From: Chloroflexota bacterium
GTDB taxonomy: Bacteria; Chloroflexota; Limnocylindria; QHBO01
Length of the DNA stretch: 64,000 nt
Assembly (NCBI GenBank): GCA_038040195.1
Contig: JBBPIR010000002.1
Location: 1,342 to 65,341 of the forward strand
Direction: 5' to 3'
Shown here: positions 1 through 8,361 of the stretch, piece by piece
Layout of the letters: each line of letters starts with the position of its first letter
Position numbering within the stretch: the stretch's first letter is position 1
The notes under the pieces: model-generated
What the model was told of the DNA's origin: nothing
The model's input: only the letters and a program-made list of their open reading frames with translations
The model's database searches: none
Translations under genes and position numbers: made by a program

Positions 1-1
1 C

Positions 2-1714
2 GTCTACACGGAGGTGTGCGCGGCCACCGGAACCAACCCCGGCACGTCGTGCCCCATCGAGTATGAAGCGGTGATCCCGAGCGCCACGGGCGGGATCATC
101 TTCTCCCTGATCTCGATCCTCCTGCCGGTCCTAATCATCGGCGCGTTCTTCATCTTCATGATGCGCCAGGCCCAGGGCACCAACAACCAGGCCATGAGCT
201 TCGGCAAGAGTCGGGCCCGCATGTTCCTGGGCAGCAAGACGGTGATCACCTTCGCCGACGTGGCGGGGGTTGAGGAGGCCAAGCAGGAGCTGACCGAGGT
301 GGTCGAGTTCCTGAAGTACCCCGAGAAGTTCAACGCGCTCGGGGCCCGAATCCCGCGCGGCGTGCTGCTGGTCGGCCCGCCCGGCACCGGCAAGACGCTC
401 CTGGCCCGGGCCGTGGCCGGCGAGGCCGGTGTCCCGTTCTTCTCGATCTCGGGGTCGGAGTTCGTCGAGATGTTCGTTGGCGTGGGTGCCAGCCGGGTGC
501 GCGACCTGTTCGAGCAGGCCAAGCGCAACTCGCCCTGCATCGTGTTCGTCGACGAGATCGACGCGGTCGGGCGCCAGCGCGGCGCGGGGCTCGGCGGCTC
601 GCACGATGAGCGGGAACAGACCCTGAACCAGATCCTCGTCGAGATGGATGGCTTTGACACGAACACCAACGTCATCGTGGTGGCCGCCACCAACCGGCCC
701 GACGTCCTCGACCCGGCACTCCTGCGCCCGGGCCGCTTCGACCGCCAGGTGGTGCTCGACCGGCCCGACATCAGAGGCCGCCGCGAGATCCTCGACGTCC
801 ACGTCAAGGGCAAGCCCCTGGACAAGACGGTCGACCTGGACGACCTCGCGCGCCGCTCCCCGGGCTTCTCGGGCGCGGATCTCGCCAACCTGGTCAACGA
901 GGCCGCCATCCTGGCGGCCCGCCGCAACAAGAAGACGATCACCCAGCCGGAGTTCACCGAGTCTGTGGATCGTGTGATCGCCGGCCCGGAGCGGCGGAGC
1001 CGGATCATCACCGAGGCTGAGCAGAGGATCATCGCGTATCACGAGGGCGGGCACGCCGTCGTCCAGCGGGTGCTCCCCAAGTGCGATCCGGTCACCAAGG
1101 TGACCATCATCTCCCGCGGGATGGCCCTGGGCTACACGATGAGCCTCCCCACCGAGGACCGATACCTCCACAGCAAGTCCGAGTTTGAGGACAAGCTGGC
1201 CGGGATGCTGGGCGGCCATGTCTCCGAGGAGATCGTGTTCGGCGACACGACCACGGGGGCGAGCAACGACATCGAGAAAGCCACTGGACTGGCGCGAGCG
1301 ATGGTCACCCAGTACGGGATGAGCGAAACCCTCGGCCCGCTGGCATTCGGCAAGAAGGACGAGATGATCTTCCTGGGCCGGGAGATCTCCGAGCAGCGCA
1401 ATTACTCCGACGAGGTGGCGGCCAAGATCGACGCCGAAGTGCGAGCCATCATCGACCGCGCCTCGGAGCGTGCCCGGCAGGCGCTCACCGAGCATCGCGC
1501 GGTGCTCGACCGGCTGGCCGCCTTGCTCGTGGAGAAGGAAACCATCGAGGCAGCGGAGTTCGAGGCCCTGTGGGATGGGATCCTCCCGCCACGCGACCTG
1601 GGCGGCCCGAAGCCGTCCGAATCGGCGCCGGTGGACGAACTCCCCGAAGTGGTGGGCGGCGAGGAGAAGGCGGCGCCGCGCCGCCGACGCGGCCCCGCAC
1701 CCCAGCCCGCCTAG
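2..1714 (+). CDS. ftsH: ATP-dependent zinc metalloprotease FtsH; N-terminus cut by the window edge
   Basis: The frame is open from the window start. TM segment [24 protein letters not shown]+ Walker A GPPGTGKT, Walker B IVFVDEID, zinc site HEGGH. Confidence 0.95.
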   Translation, partial: VYTEVCAATGTNPGTSCPIEYEAVIPSATGGIIFSLISILLPVLIIGAFFIFMMRQAQGTNNQAMSFGKSRARMFLGSKTVITFADVAGVEEAKQELTEVVEFLKYPEKFNALGARIPRGVLLVGPPGTGKTLLARAVAGEAGVPFFSISGSEFVEMFVGVGASRVRDLFEQAKRNSPCIVFVDEIDAVGRQRGAGLGGSHDEREQTLNQILVEMDGFDTNTNVIVVAATNRPDVLDPALLRPGRFDRQVVLDRPDIRGRREILDVHVKGKPLDKTVDLDDLARRSPGFSGADLANLVNEAAILAARRNKKTITQPEFTESVDRVIAGPERRSRIITEAEQRIIAYHEGGHAVVQRVLPKCDPVTKVTIISRGMALGYTMSLPTEDRYLHSKSEFEDKLAGMLGGHVSEEIVFGDTTTGASNDIEKATGLARAMVTQYGMSETLGPLAFGKKDEMIFLGREISEQRNYSDEVAAKIDAEVRAIIDRASERARQALTEHRAVLDRLAALLVEKETIEAAEFEALWDGILPPRDLGGPKPSESAPVDELPEVVGGEEKAAPRRRRGPAPQPA

Positions 1715-1765
1715 GCGGACGCTGCTAGTCCTATCGGCCCATTCCGGACCGTAAAGGCCGGGTCG

Positions 1766-1771
1766 TATACT
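1766..1771 (+). promoter_or_regulatory. -10-like hexamer TATACT upstream of the DnaB-like gene
   Basis: AT-rich TATACT in an otherwise GC-rich intergenic region. Same hexamer class as seen before many other starts in this window. No clear -35. Confidence 0.3.
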
Positions 1772-1779
1772 CGCCACTG

Positions 1780-1806
1780 GTGCGTCCGGGCACCTGCCCG
1801 GAGCAC
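1780..1806 (+). promoter_or_regulatory. GC-rich stem-loop at the predicted 5' end of the 1835 transcript
   Basis: GTGC-(G bulge)-TCCGGGC / loop ACCT / GCCCGGA-GCAC gives an 11-bp stem that I paired base by base. It begins about 9 nt after the TATACT hexamer. Confidence 0.35.
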
Positions 1807-1834
1807 GGTACGACAGCGAGGCCGAACCTTCCCC

Positions 1835-2911
1835 ATGATCGACGAATCGCCCCCGCAGACCATCGAGACCGACTGGAAGCTCGAGACCGACGGCTCCGGG
1901 CTTGACCCGCGCACCGCGCTGGAAGTCCTCACCAACCTCAATGAACGAGTGGCCGAGGGCCGGATCAGCGATCTTCAGCCCATCGCCACCGGATTCGTGC
2001 CGTTCGACAAGGCCATCGGCGGCGGGCTGCGGGCCGGTGAGCTGATGCTGATTGGCGGGGCCCAGGGATCGGGCAAGACCACCCTGGCCCTGCAGATGGC
2101 GCGCAACATGGCCGCCTCCGGGCAGGCCAGTGTGCTGTACGTGTGCTTCGAGCACGAGGAGGACTACCTCGTCCAGCGCATGATCGCCATGGAGTCCGCT
2201 CTCGCCGCGCTCCCCAAGAAGACGGGCGCCGTGAAGATCCAGGAGGTCCGCCAGGAGGTCCTGTCGACCTTCGAAGCAGCCGCCGAGGCGGGCCAGGCGG
2301 CCAAGCTGGGCGCCAACCCGCGCCTGCGTCCAAGCCTGGAACGGATCGCGCGCTACGGGAACTCGATGTACCTCATGCGTGGCACCGCCACTGACAGCAC
2401 GGTCGACAATCTCCGAGCCCTGGTCGAAACGCGCCGCGGCGGGGATGAGCGGCGGCTGGTCCTGTTCGTGGACTACCTCCAGAAGGTCCCCGTCATCCCC
2501 GAGCCGGCCGACGAGACCGAGAAGGTGACGCGCGTCGTCAACGGGCTGAAGGACATCGCCCTGGCCTGCGAGATCCCGGTGGTCGCCATCGTGGCCGCCG
2601 ATCGCGAAGGCCTCAAGGCCAAGCGCCTGCGCAACCACCACCTGCGCGGCAGCAGCGCCATCAACTACGAGGCCGACATCATCCTGATCCTGAACGACAA
2701 GTACAGCATTGTGGCCAAGGTGAACATCGAGTTCAATCCGTATCAGGCCCAGCGCTACCGGGACTGGGTGGTAGCCACCATCGAGAAGAACCGGGGCGGT
2801 CAAGACAACATCGACCTGGAGTGGCAGAAGCTCTTCCAGTACAGCTGCTTTGATCCGAACGGCCGGATCACGGCCGAGAAGCTGATCGAAGAGCGGCTCT
2901 ACACCGAGTAG
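1835..2911 (+). CDS. Stand-alone DnaB C-terminal-domain-like (RecA-fold) ATPase; no DnaB N-terminal domain
   Basis: FVPFDKAIGGGLRAGELMLIGGAQGSGKTT (Walker A in DnaB_C context), Walker B LFVDYLQK, RGSSAINYEADIILILND (DnaB RxSGxIEQDAD-like motif). Confidence 0.8.
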   Translation: MIDESPPQTIETDWKLETDGSGLDPRTALEVLTNLNERVAEGRISDLQPIATGFVPFDKAIGGGLRAGELMLIGGAQGSGKTTLALQMARNMAASGQASVLYVCFEHEEDYLVQRMIAMESALAALPKKTGAVKIQEVRQEVLSTFEAAAEAGQAAKLGANPRLRPSLERIARYGNSMYLMRGTATDSTVDNLRALVETRRGGDERRLVLFVDYLQKVPVIPEPADETEKVTRVVNGLKDIALACEIPVVAIVAADREGLKAKRLRNHHLRGSSAINYEADIILILNDKYSIVAKVNIEFNPYQAQRYRDWVVATIEKNRGGQDNIDLEWQKLFQYSCFDPNGRITAEKLIEERLYTE

Positions 2912-2926
2912 AGCCGCCACCGCCCC

Positions 2927-3358
2927 GTGGACGCGTATCGGGTATTGCAGGTCGCGCCCGATTGCGAGGACGAGGTCCTGGACAGCGCGTATCGAGCCCT
3001 GGCGTTGAAGTACCACCCCGATCGGGATACCACCCAGCAGGCGGTCCGGCGAATGGCCGAGTTGAACCAGGCGTACGCCCTGGTGCGTGATCCGGCCACG
3101 CGCGCCCGGCACGACGCCGCTCGTCGGCGCGCATCCGTCACCACGATCCAACCGGCTTCGGCCGGCGCCGCGCCGCCGCCGCGTTCCACGACTGCCGGCT
3201 CCCGGCTCACGTTCGGACGCTACGCGGGCTGGACCCTGCGCGACCTGGCGCGCGAGGATCCGGATAACCTGCGCTGGCTCTCTCGCCACACGTCCGGAAT
3301 CCGCTACCGGACCGAGATCTACGCGATCCTGGGCAAGATGGCGATCGGCGCCGCCTGA
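2927..3358 (+). CDS. J-domain protein with a C-terminal DUF3820/ExoX-C-like motif
   Basis: GTG start 15 nt after the upstream stop. J-domain DAYRVLQV...YRALALKYHPDR with an intact HPD. C-terminus FGRYAGWTLRDLAREDPDNLRWL matches the FGKYKG...YLxWL signature. Confidence 0.8.
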   Translation: MDAYRVLQVAPDCEDEVLDSAYRALALKYHPDRDTTQQAVRRMAELNQAYALVRDPATRARHDAARRRASVTTIQPASAGAAPPPRSTTAGSRLTFGRYAGWTLRDLAREDPDNLRWLSRHTSGIRYRTEIYAILGKMAIGAA

Positions 3359-3364
3359 CTCACC

Positions 3365-3388
3365 GGCCGGACGACCGTCAGTCCGGCC
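3365..3388 (+). terminator. Hairpin after the J-domain gene
   Basis: GGCCGGAC / 8-nt loop / GTCCGGCC is a perfect 8-bp stem 7 nt after the stop. No U-tract, which is usual for high-GC genomes. Confidence 0.4.
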
Positions 3389-3409
3389 CAGGCGCTAGGC
3401 TCTCACCCC

Positions 3410-4165
3410 ATGGCGAACTCCGTTCCGAACCGCCTGCCCCTGCGCGCGGTCTTTCTCGACGTCGGCGAGACGCTCATGCATCCCGACCCGACCTGGGAGC
3501 ACGTGTACGCGCGGGCCTTCGCCGATTTCGGCGTCTCGGTCGACATGACCGAGCTCCAGGCGTCACTGCGGCGCGCGTACCAGGGTGGCGGCTACGGCTT
3601 CGATGGCAGCCTGGTGCCCAGTGCCGATGCCAGCCACCGCCGACTGGTGGAGATGGATCAGGTCGCCTTCACCGAGATCGGCCTCGAGCCTCTCCCGGAG
3701 GCGTTCTTCCGCCACCTGGCGAGCCTGTTCATGGACCCCGCCACCTGGCACGTCTTCCCGGACGTGCGGGTCGTGCTGCCGCAGCTGAAGGCTCGCGGAT
3801 TGGTCCTGGGCGCCGTGTCCAACTGGGCCTGGCAGCTCCCCGAGCTGCTCGACGCGCTCGACCTGGGCCGGCATCTCGACTTCGTGGGCGCCAGCGCCCG
3901 GATCGGCTACGACAAGCCCCACCCCGGCATCTTCCGGTGGGCGCTGGACCGAGCCAAGGTAGCCCCCGAATCGGTGATCCACGTGGGAGACCATCTCGAC
4001 GCCGATGTGGCCGGTGCGCGCGGGGTGGGGATCGAGCCGGTACTCCTGGACCGACGGGGTCGCCACCAGCCTCCGCCCGACGACGTGCCGGTTCTCACCA
4101 CGCTCGACGAGCTGCTGCCGTTGGTGGACGCCCGCCTGACAGCGGTCACCGGCGCACCGGGCTGA
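3410..4165 (+). CDS. HAD-superfamily hydrolase, subfamily IA (REG-2-like)
   Basis: Motif I FLDVGETL, motif II AVSNW, motif III YDKPHP, motif IV VGDHLDADV. Confidence 0.85.
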   Translation: MANSVPNRLPLRAVFLDVGETLMHPDPTWEHVYARAFADFGVSVDMTELQASLRRAYQGGGYGFDGSLVPSADASHRRLVEMDQVAFTEIGLEPLPEAFFRHLASLFMDPATWHVFPDVRVVLPQLKARGLVLGAVSNWAWQLPELLDALDLGRHLDFVGASARIGYDKPHPGIFRWALDRAKVAPESVIHVGDHLDADVAGARGVGIEPVLLDRRGRHQPPPDDVPVLTTLDELLPLVDARLTAVTGAPG

Positions 4166-4180
4166 GGCGCACCGGGCTGG
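4151..4180 (+). repeat. Perfect 14/15 tandem duplication GGCGCACCGGGCTGA | GGCGCACCGGGCTGG spanning the HAD stop codon
   Basis: Read directly. Copy 1 ends in the HAD TGA stop (4163-4165). Copy 2 has TGG at the same place. Confidence 0.9.
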
Positions 4181-4773
4181 CCACGGAGACGGGGCGCGAG
4201 ACCTGGCGCTGCTTCGTCGGGATCCCGGTCGGATCTCCGCTGCGGAGGGACCTGCAACTTGCCGTGGCGCGCTGGCAGGCCCAAGAGAACGCCCCTGACC
4301 TGCGCTGGACCGATCCGGACGGCTGGCACGTGACCCTGGCCTTCTTGGGCGCTACCGACCCCTCCGACGTCCCGGACCTGGTTTCCGCGCTGCGCGGCGC
4401 CGCGCATGGGGAAGCCGAATTCCAGCTGGAAACAGGCGGGGTGGGCGCCTTTCCGCAGGCCGGCGCCGCCCAGGCCATCTGGTACGGCGTGTCCGATCCG
4501 CACCATCAGCTCACCGAACTGGCCGCCAGGGTCCAGGCAGCCGTTCGGCCATCCTCGGAGCCGACGCGCTTTCGCCCTCATCTGACCCTGGCCCGCAGCC
4601 GCGTCCGCCGCGGCGAGCCGTTGGGTTCATGGCTGGCCACCCTGGACCCACCGTCCGGGACGCTGACGGTGGACGGCCTGACCCTGTTCCGGAGCCACCT
4701 CGGGCGCGGGCCGGCACGATACGAGGTGCTTGCCAGGCTGCCGCTGAGCGGCGCAGGATCGGAGCGTGGCTGA
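4177..4773 (+). CDS. thpR: RNA 2',3'-cyclic phosphodiesterase (2H phosphoesterase, LigT/ThpR family); start codon unresolved
   Basis: Two HxTL motifs (HVTLAFLG, HLTLARS) and an RCFVGIPV N-terminal strand. There is no in-frame ATG, GTG or TTG between 3940 and 4207. CTG at 4177 follows GAGG (4164-4167) and is used as a provisional start. Confidence 0.75.
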   Translation: MATETGRETWRCFVGIPVGSPLRRDLQLAVARWQAQENAPDLRWTDPDGWHVTLAFLGATDPSDVPDLVSALRGAAHGEAEFQLETGGVGAFPQAGAAQAIWYGVSDPHHQLTELAARVQAAVRPSSEPTRFRPHLTLARSRVRRGEPLGSWLATLDPPSGTLTVDGLTLFRSHLGRGPARYEVLARLPLSGAGSERG

Positions 4774-5299
4774 GCCTGACGTTCGCGAGCCGCGGCCTTT
4801 GATGGTCGCCGTCATCGGCGACGCGGACCCGCGTGGTCCCGATGCCCATCGCACCCTGGAATGGGCCGAGGAGGTCGGGCAGCTGCTGGCTCGCGCCGGT
4901 GCGACCGTGATCACTGGTGGGCTGGGCGGGGTGATGCGGGCCGCGTCTCGGGGCGCTCGGGCAGCCGGCGGGTCGACGATCGGGATTCTGCCTGGGGCCG
5001 ACGCCGCCGAGGCCAACGAGTTCGTTCAGCTGGCGATCCCGACCGGGCTCGGTGTCGTTCGCAACCTGGTGGTCGTGACCGCCGCGGACGCGGTGGTCGC
5101 CGTCGGCGGACGGCATGGCACCCTGTCGGAGATCGGCCTGGCCCTCCGCATGGGACGGGAGGTCGTTGGCCTCGGCACGTGGCGCATCGAGGCCGATCAG
5201 CGCGTGGGTGGCCCCCGCCTGCACCGTGCACGCGACCCCCGCGAGGCCGCCCAGCTCGCCCTGCGGCTGGCTCGCGCGGGTCCTATCGTTCCCGATTGA
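4766..5299 (+). CDS. TIGR00725-type LOG/SLOG-family Rossmann protein
   Basis: VITGGLGGVMRAASRGARAAGGSTIGILPG and VAVGGRHGTLSEIGLA (GGxGTxxE). GTG 4766 overlaps the thpR stop. ATG 4802 (MVAVIGD) is an alternative start. Confidence 0.75.
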   Translation: MAEPDVREPRPLMVAVIGDADPRGPDAHRTLEWAEEVGQLLARAGATVITGGLGGVMRAASRGARAAGGSTIGILPGADAAEANEFVQLAIPTGLGVVRNLVVVTAADAVVAVGGRHGTLSEIGLALRMGREVVGLGTWRIEADQRVGGPRLHRARDPREAAQLALRLARAGPIVPD

Positions 5300-5307
5300 C
5301 ATCAGAG

Positions 5308-5334
5308 GACGCCGGCCCAATGCGGGCCGCCGTC
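5308..5334. terminator. Bidirectional hairpin between convergent genes
   Basis: GACGCCGGCCC / AATGC / GGGCCGCCGTC: 10 bp plus one C-C mismatch. It lies between the + gene ending at 5299 and the - gene ending at 5359. Confidence 0.45.
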
Positions 5335-5358
5335 ATCGGTCTTGTCCGACCTGATTCG

Positions 5359-6987
5359 CTAGTGGACCAGGCCCTGCAGGCTGAGGTGGTACAGCTTGGT
5401 CGGGTCGTACGGCATGCACAGCTGGCCCTCGCCGCCGATCTCCCACGTCCACGAGATGATCTGCACGGCAGCCACCTGGAGCGCGCTCGAATCGCAGTTG
5501 GTATTGGCGTTACCCAGGAGCCGGACCTCGGCCGTCGGGGCGTAGATCGTGCCTGAGATGTGGAGCTCCACGCCGCCCTCGATATCGATGATTCCGCTGT
5601 ACCCCTGGCTTCCGTCCCCGTCGTACCAGATCAGCATGCCTCCAAACGGGCAACCGTCGTCGTTGGGGTTGAAAAGATCAGGATCGTACGTGACCGGTGG
5701 GCACGCTTCATCCGCCCGCAGTCCGGCGAGGGCGAGCTCGGCCCCGGCGGTCAGGTCCAGGTTCTGCTGGCAGTTGGTGGCGGTGCCGCCGGGGCAGTTG
5801 GCGGTGGGGTTGTCGGTGTTGTAGATCAGGACCGGCGCCGGCTCGGTCGCGCTGGCGAAGAACGAGTCGACCGAGCCCGTTGCGCCGATCTTGATGCCCC
5901 CTCCGGCGATCACGTAGATGCCCGGATTCAAGACCACACGGAGTTTGTTGCCGATGTCCCACCCGCCGTAGTAGACGCCCGGATCGAGGTGGACGCAGTC
6001 GTAATTGGCGGGGAGGCCGGGGCATAGCGCCGGGTCAGACGGTACCCAGTGCCGGCCGGGCCCGCTGGCGCTGCAACCCGTCGAGAACTGGCCCGTGGCC
6101 TGGAGCGGCTGGGCGCCTGGACCCGTTCCACACGTTGCTCCCGGCGCGCTCGTATCCCAGGGCGGGAACACCAGGCTTCCCAGCGGGTCCGCGATCGGTG
6201 AAGCGCCCTCGTCGAGGACGCCGGTGATCTGGCTGCCGTCCCCGCGACAGCTGCCATGCACGTTGATCTTCGGCGAAATCAGCCTCACCGTCGAGCCGTC
6301 AAGCCGCAACGCTCCTTCCCCGTTGTTGCAGGCGTCGTCGGCAACTCTGCCCTGATTGCACTCCGAGTTGATCTGGACGTACCCTCCCGGCCCGGTGTAG
6401 CCGGAGACCGGCTCGATCTGGATCCTGGCGCTGCCATGCAGCCTGGCGGTCTCGCAGTCGGTCGGGTTCAAGGCGACGAGCGAATGGGTGTTTGTGTTCC
6501 CGCGTTGCCGAGCGGCAACCGCATCCGTCATGACCGATAAGGTGCCAAAGCCCAGAAGGCGGCCGAAGAAGGTATCGCGCTCTCGGGTGAGGACGACCTG
6601 CACCATGCCAGAAACCCCCTGAAAGTCGGGAGCCCGAGCATCCGGAGGGAAGAGGACCTCCAGCAACCCGCCGTGTGGATCGTTGGCCGGGACGCAGCCC
6701 GTGCCACCAGGGATCATGTCGTCGCTCGTCGCTGCTGCGAAGAAGCCGTTCTGGCGGGCGTAGTGGCACGCGGCGGCCTCGGCCATTGGCCAGTTGATGG
6801 TCTGGCCGGTAATGTCGTCGATAAACCGGGCGGCCGCCACCGCACCGGGGTCGACTGCGTTCTGCTCCTGCCGACGCAGGAGAACCCCAAACCCGAGGTC
6901 GACGACCAGCGCGGCGATCCCCAGCAGGACAACGAGCGCCGCCGCGGTGATCACCAGGATCTGTCCCCTCGGCTCTACGCGGCGCAT
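5359..6987 (-). CDS. TadG-like Flp-pilus assembly / pseudopilin protein with a large Gly/Cys-rich C-terminal domain
   Basis: Start re-called to ATG 6987 (MRRVEPRGQILVITAAALVVLLGIAALVVDLG, typical TadG N-terminus). GAGGAG lies 9 nt upstream. The longer ORF to 7104 overlaps the upstream gene. Confidence 0.75.
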   Translation of the reverse strand: MRRVEPRGQILVITAAALVVLLGIAALVVDLGFGVLLRRQEQNAVDPGAVAAARFIDDITGQTINWPMAEAAACHYARQNGFFAAATSDDMIPGGTGCVPANDPHGGLLEVLFPPDARAPDFQGVSGMVQVVLTRERDTFFGRLLGFGTLSVMTDAVAARQRGNTNTHSLVALNPTDCETARLHGSARIQIEPVSGYTGPGGYVQINSECNQGRVADDACNNGEGALRLDGSTVRLISPKINVHGSCRGDGSQITGVLDEGASPIADPLGSLVFPPWDTSAPGATCGTGPGAQPLQATGQFSTGCSASGPGRHWVPSDPALCPGLPANYDCVHLDPGVYYGGWDIGNKLRVVLNPGIYVIAGGGIKIGATGSVDSFFASATEPAPVLIYNTDNPTANCPGGTATNCQQNLDLTAGAELALAGLRADEACPPVTYDPDLFNPNDDGCPFGGMLIWYDGDGSQGYSGIIDIEGGVELHISGTIYAPTAEVRLLGNANTNCDSSALQVAAVQIISWTWEIGGEGQLCMPYDPTKLYHLSLQGLVH

Positions 6988-7000
6988 GACCTGGGGCTCC

Positions 7001-7702
7001 TCATTGCTGGTACTGCATGGTTTCGGTAATGACCGCCCGCAGGGTGACGGTTTCCGGGATGAGCAGGAATCCGGCGCCCGGCGGCGTCCAGTTGAAACAG
7101 GCAAACACTGTAACTTCGTTGGCGATCACCGAGTTGAATGCGGCCATGCTGCTCGCCATATCGTTGGTCGCGGACGTCAGCGGCATCGGAGCCGTGCACT
7201 GGATCTGCTCCGGATCAGTCCGGGGGTCGATGTCCGTGATCGTGCCTCCACTGTCAGATGGAATGGTGCAGTAGCGGAAGGGGTTGGGCGCGTAAGGGGG
7301 GTTGAGATCGGCTGGTGGGGCGTCGTAGTCGGTGAAGGTTCCGTAGGCATCGGTCACCCAGTAGCCAGACCAGCAGGCTGAGAACTGGATGCCCGCGGGT
7401 GGCAGGCCGAAGGCGCGCTCGCGGGCGAATGCGGTCATTATTGGCCAGCGTCTTTCGGGCGGGTCGCAGCGGTAATTGAAGCCTCCTGGCAGCGGGTCCG
7501 GAGGCAGGTTGGACACGGTCGGGCACTGTGCGGTGGCACTGTGGATGGCCGCGTATCGGGCCGCCTCGCGAGCCACGTTCGTGAGCTCCTGCTGGTAGAA
7601 GACCCCGATCCCCAGCACGATGATGCCGATCAGGACCATGAAGAACAGTGGTGCGGCGAGTGCCAACTCCACGATCGTCTGTCCTCGCTCGTTTTTCAGC
7701 AC
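7001..7702 (-). CDS. TadE-like pseudopilin
   Basis: GTG 7702 (VLKNERGQTIVELALAAPLFFMVLIGIIVLG), preceded by GGGAGA. The start overlaps the stop of the upstream gene by 7 nt (GTGCTGA). Confidence 0.75.
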   Translation of the reverse strand: MLKNERGQTIVELALAAPLFFMVLIGIIVLGIGVFYQQELTNVAREAARYAAIHSATAQCPTVSNLPPDPLPGGFNYRCDPPERRWPIMTAFARERAFGLPPAGIQFSACWSGYWVTDAYGTFTDYDAPPADLNPPYAPNPFRYCTIPSDSGGTITDIDPRTDPEQIQCTAPMPLTSATNDMASSMAAFNSVIANEVTVFACFNWTPPGAGFLLIPETVTLRAVITETMQYQQ

Positions 7703-8361
7703 AGGGAGACATCTCCCGGTGGACAGTCGAGCGCGAAAACGCGCTCGCGCTGGATCCACACCTCGCCCAGGTCCAGGCCCACATTGCCGGGCAGCGTGAA
7801 GTGCAGGTTGAACAGGGTAGTGAACTGGTAGCAGACCCGGACCTCGACCGAATGGCTGGCGGCGAAACCTCCCGACGTGTTCAGCATTGTCGGGGCCATG
7901 TGCGTGCACTGCGCCGGGATGGTGGAAGCGAATCCCGCTATGGGCGCACTGCATAGGGGATCACCATACGGACCGGCGTCGTCGAAATCGTCGTGGACGC
8001 AAACCTGCACGAGTGGCATGCTCGGGCAGGTCCGATCGGCTGAATTGAAGGTGGTATTCGGCAGCACGCTCAACTCCGAGCACGCGACCTTGGCGATCTG
8101 CTCGTGGAGGGCGGTGTAGTAGGAATTGAATTCAGCCGGATAAAGCACGGGATCAGGTGGCTTGTTGCGGAGTCGCTGGATGGCGCCGATCTCGGCCGCA
8201 TTGCGGGCCGACGCTTCCGTGGAGATGCTGGCCGCAAAGACGCGTCCGAAGTCGGCGACAGCAAGCAGCAGCACCAGCAGGATGGGCAGCACCAGCGCGA
8301 ACTCCGCGAGTGTTTGCCCCCCTGGGTGTTCAGTTCTGCCTCGTGCTGCTCGGACGATCAT
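7696..8361 (-). CDS. TadE-like pseudopilin
   Basis: N-terminus GGQTLAEFALVLPILLVLLLAVADFGRV (TadE motif). SD GGGGAGAG upstream of ATG 8361. Confidence 0.75.
   Translation of the reverse strand: MIVRAARGRTEHPGGQTLAEFALVLPILLVLLLAVADFGRVFAASISTEASARNAAEIGAIQRLRNKPPDPVLYPAEFNSYYTALHEQIAKVACSELSVLPNTTFNSADRTCPSMPLVQVCVHDDFDDAGPYGDPLCSAPIAGFASTIPAQCTHMAPTMLNTSGGFAASHSVEVRVCYQFTTLFNLHFTLPGNVGLDLGEVWIQRERVFALDCPPGDVSLC

Noticed and set aside
131-3289. A 1052-aa ORF on the - strand spanning ftsH, the DnaB-like gene and the J-domain gene.
   Set aside because: It is antisense to three genes with clear family motifs. Its composition (Arg/Gly/Ala/Asp/His/Leu/Val-rich, no recognisable domain) is what antisense frames of GC3-rich genes produce. 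Stop codons are simply rare in such frames.
4163-4207. Stop-codon read-through or a simple fusion of the HAD gene with thpR, suggested by the TGA/TGG duplication.
   Set aside because: Reading through the TGA stays in the HAD frame, which hits a stop about 150 nt later and is not the ThpR frame. A fusion would also need a frameshift, for which I see no slippery signal.
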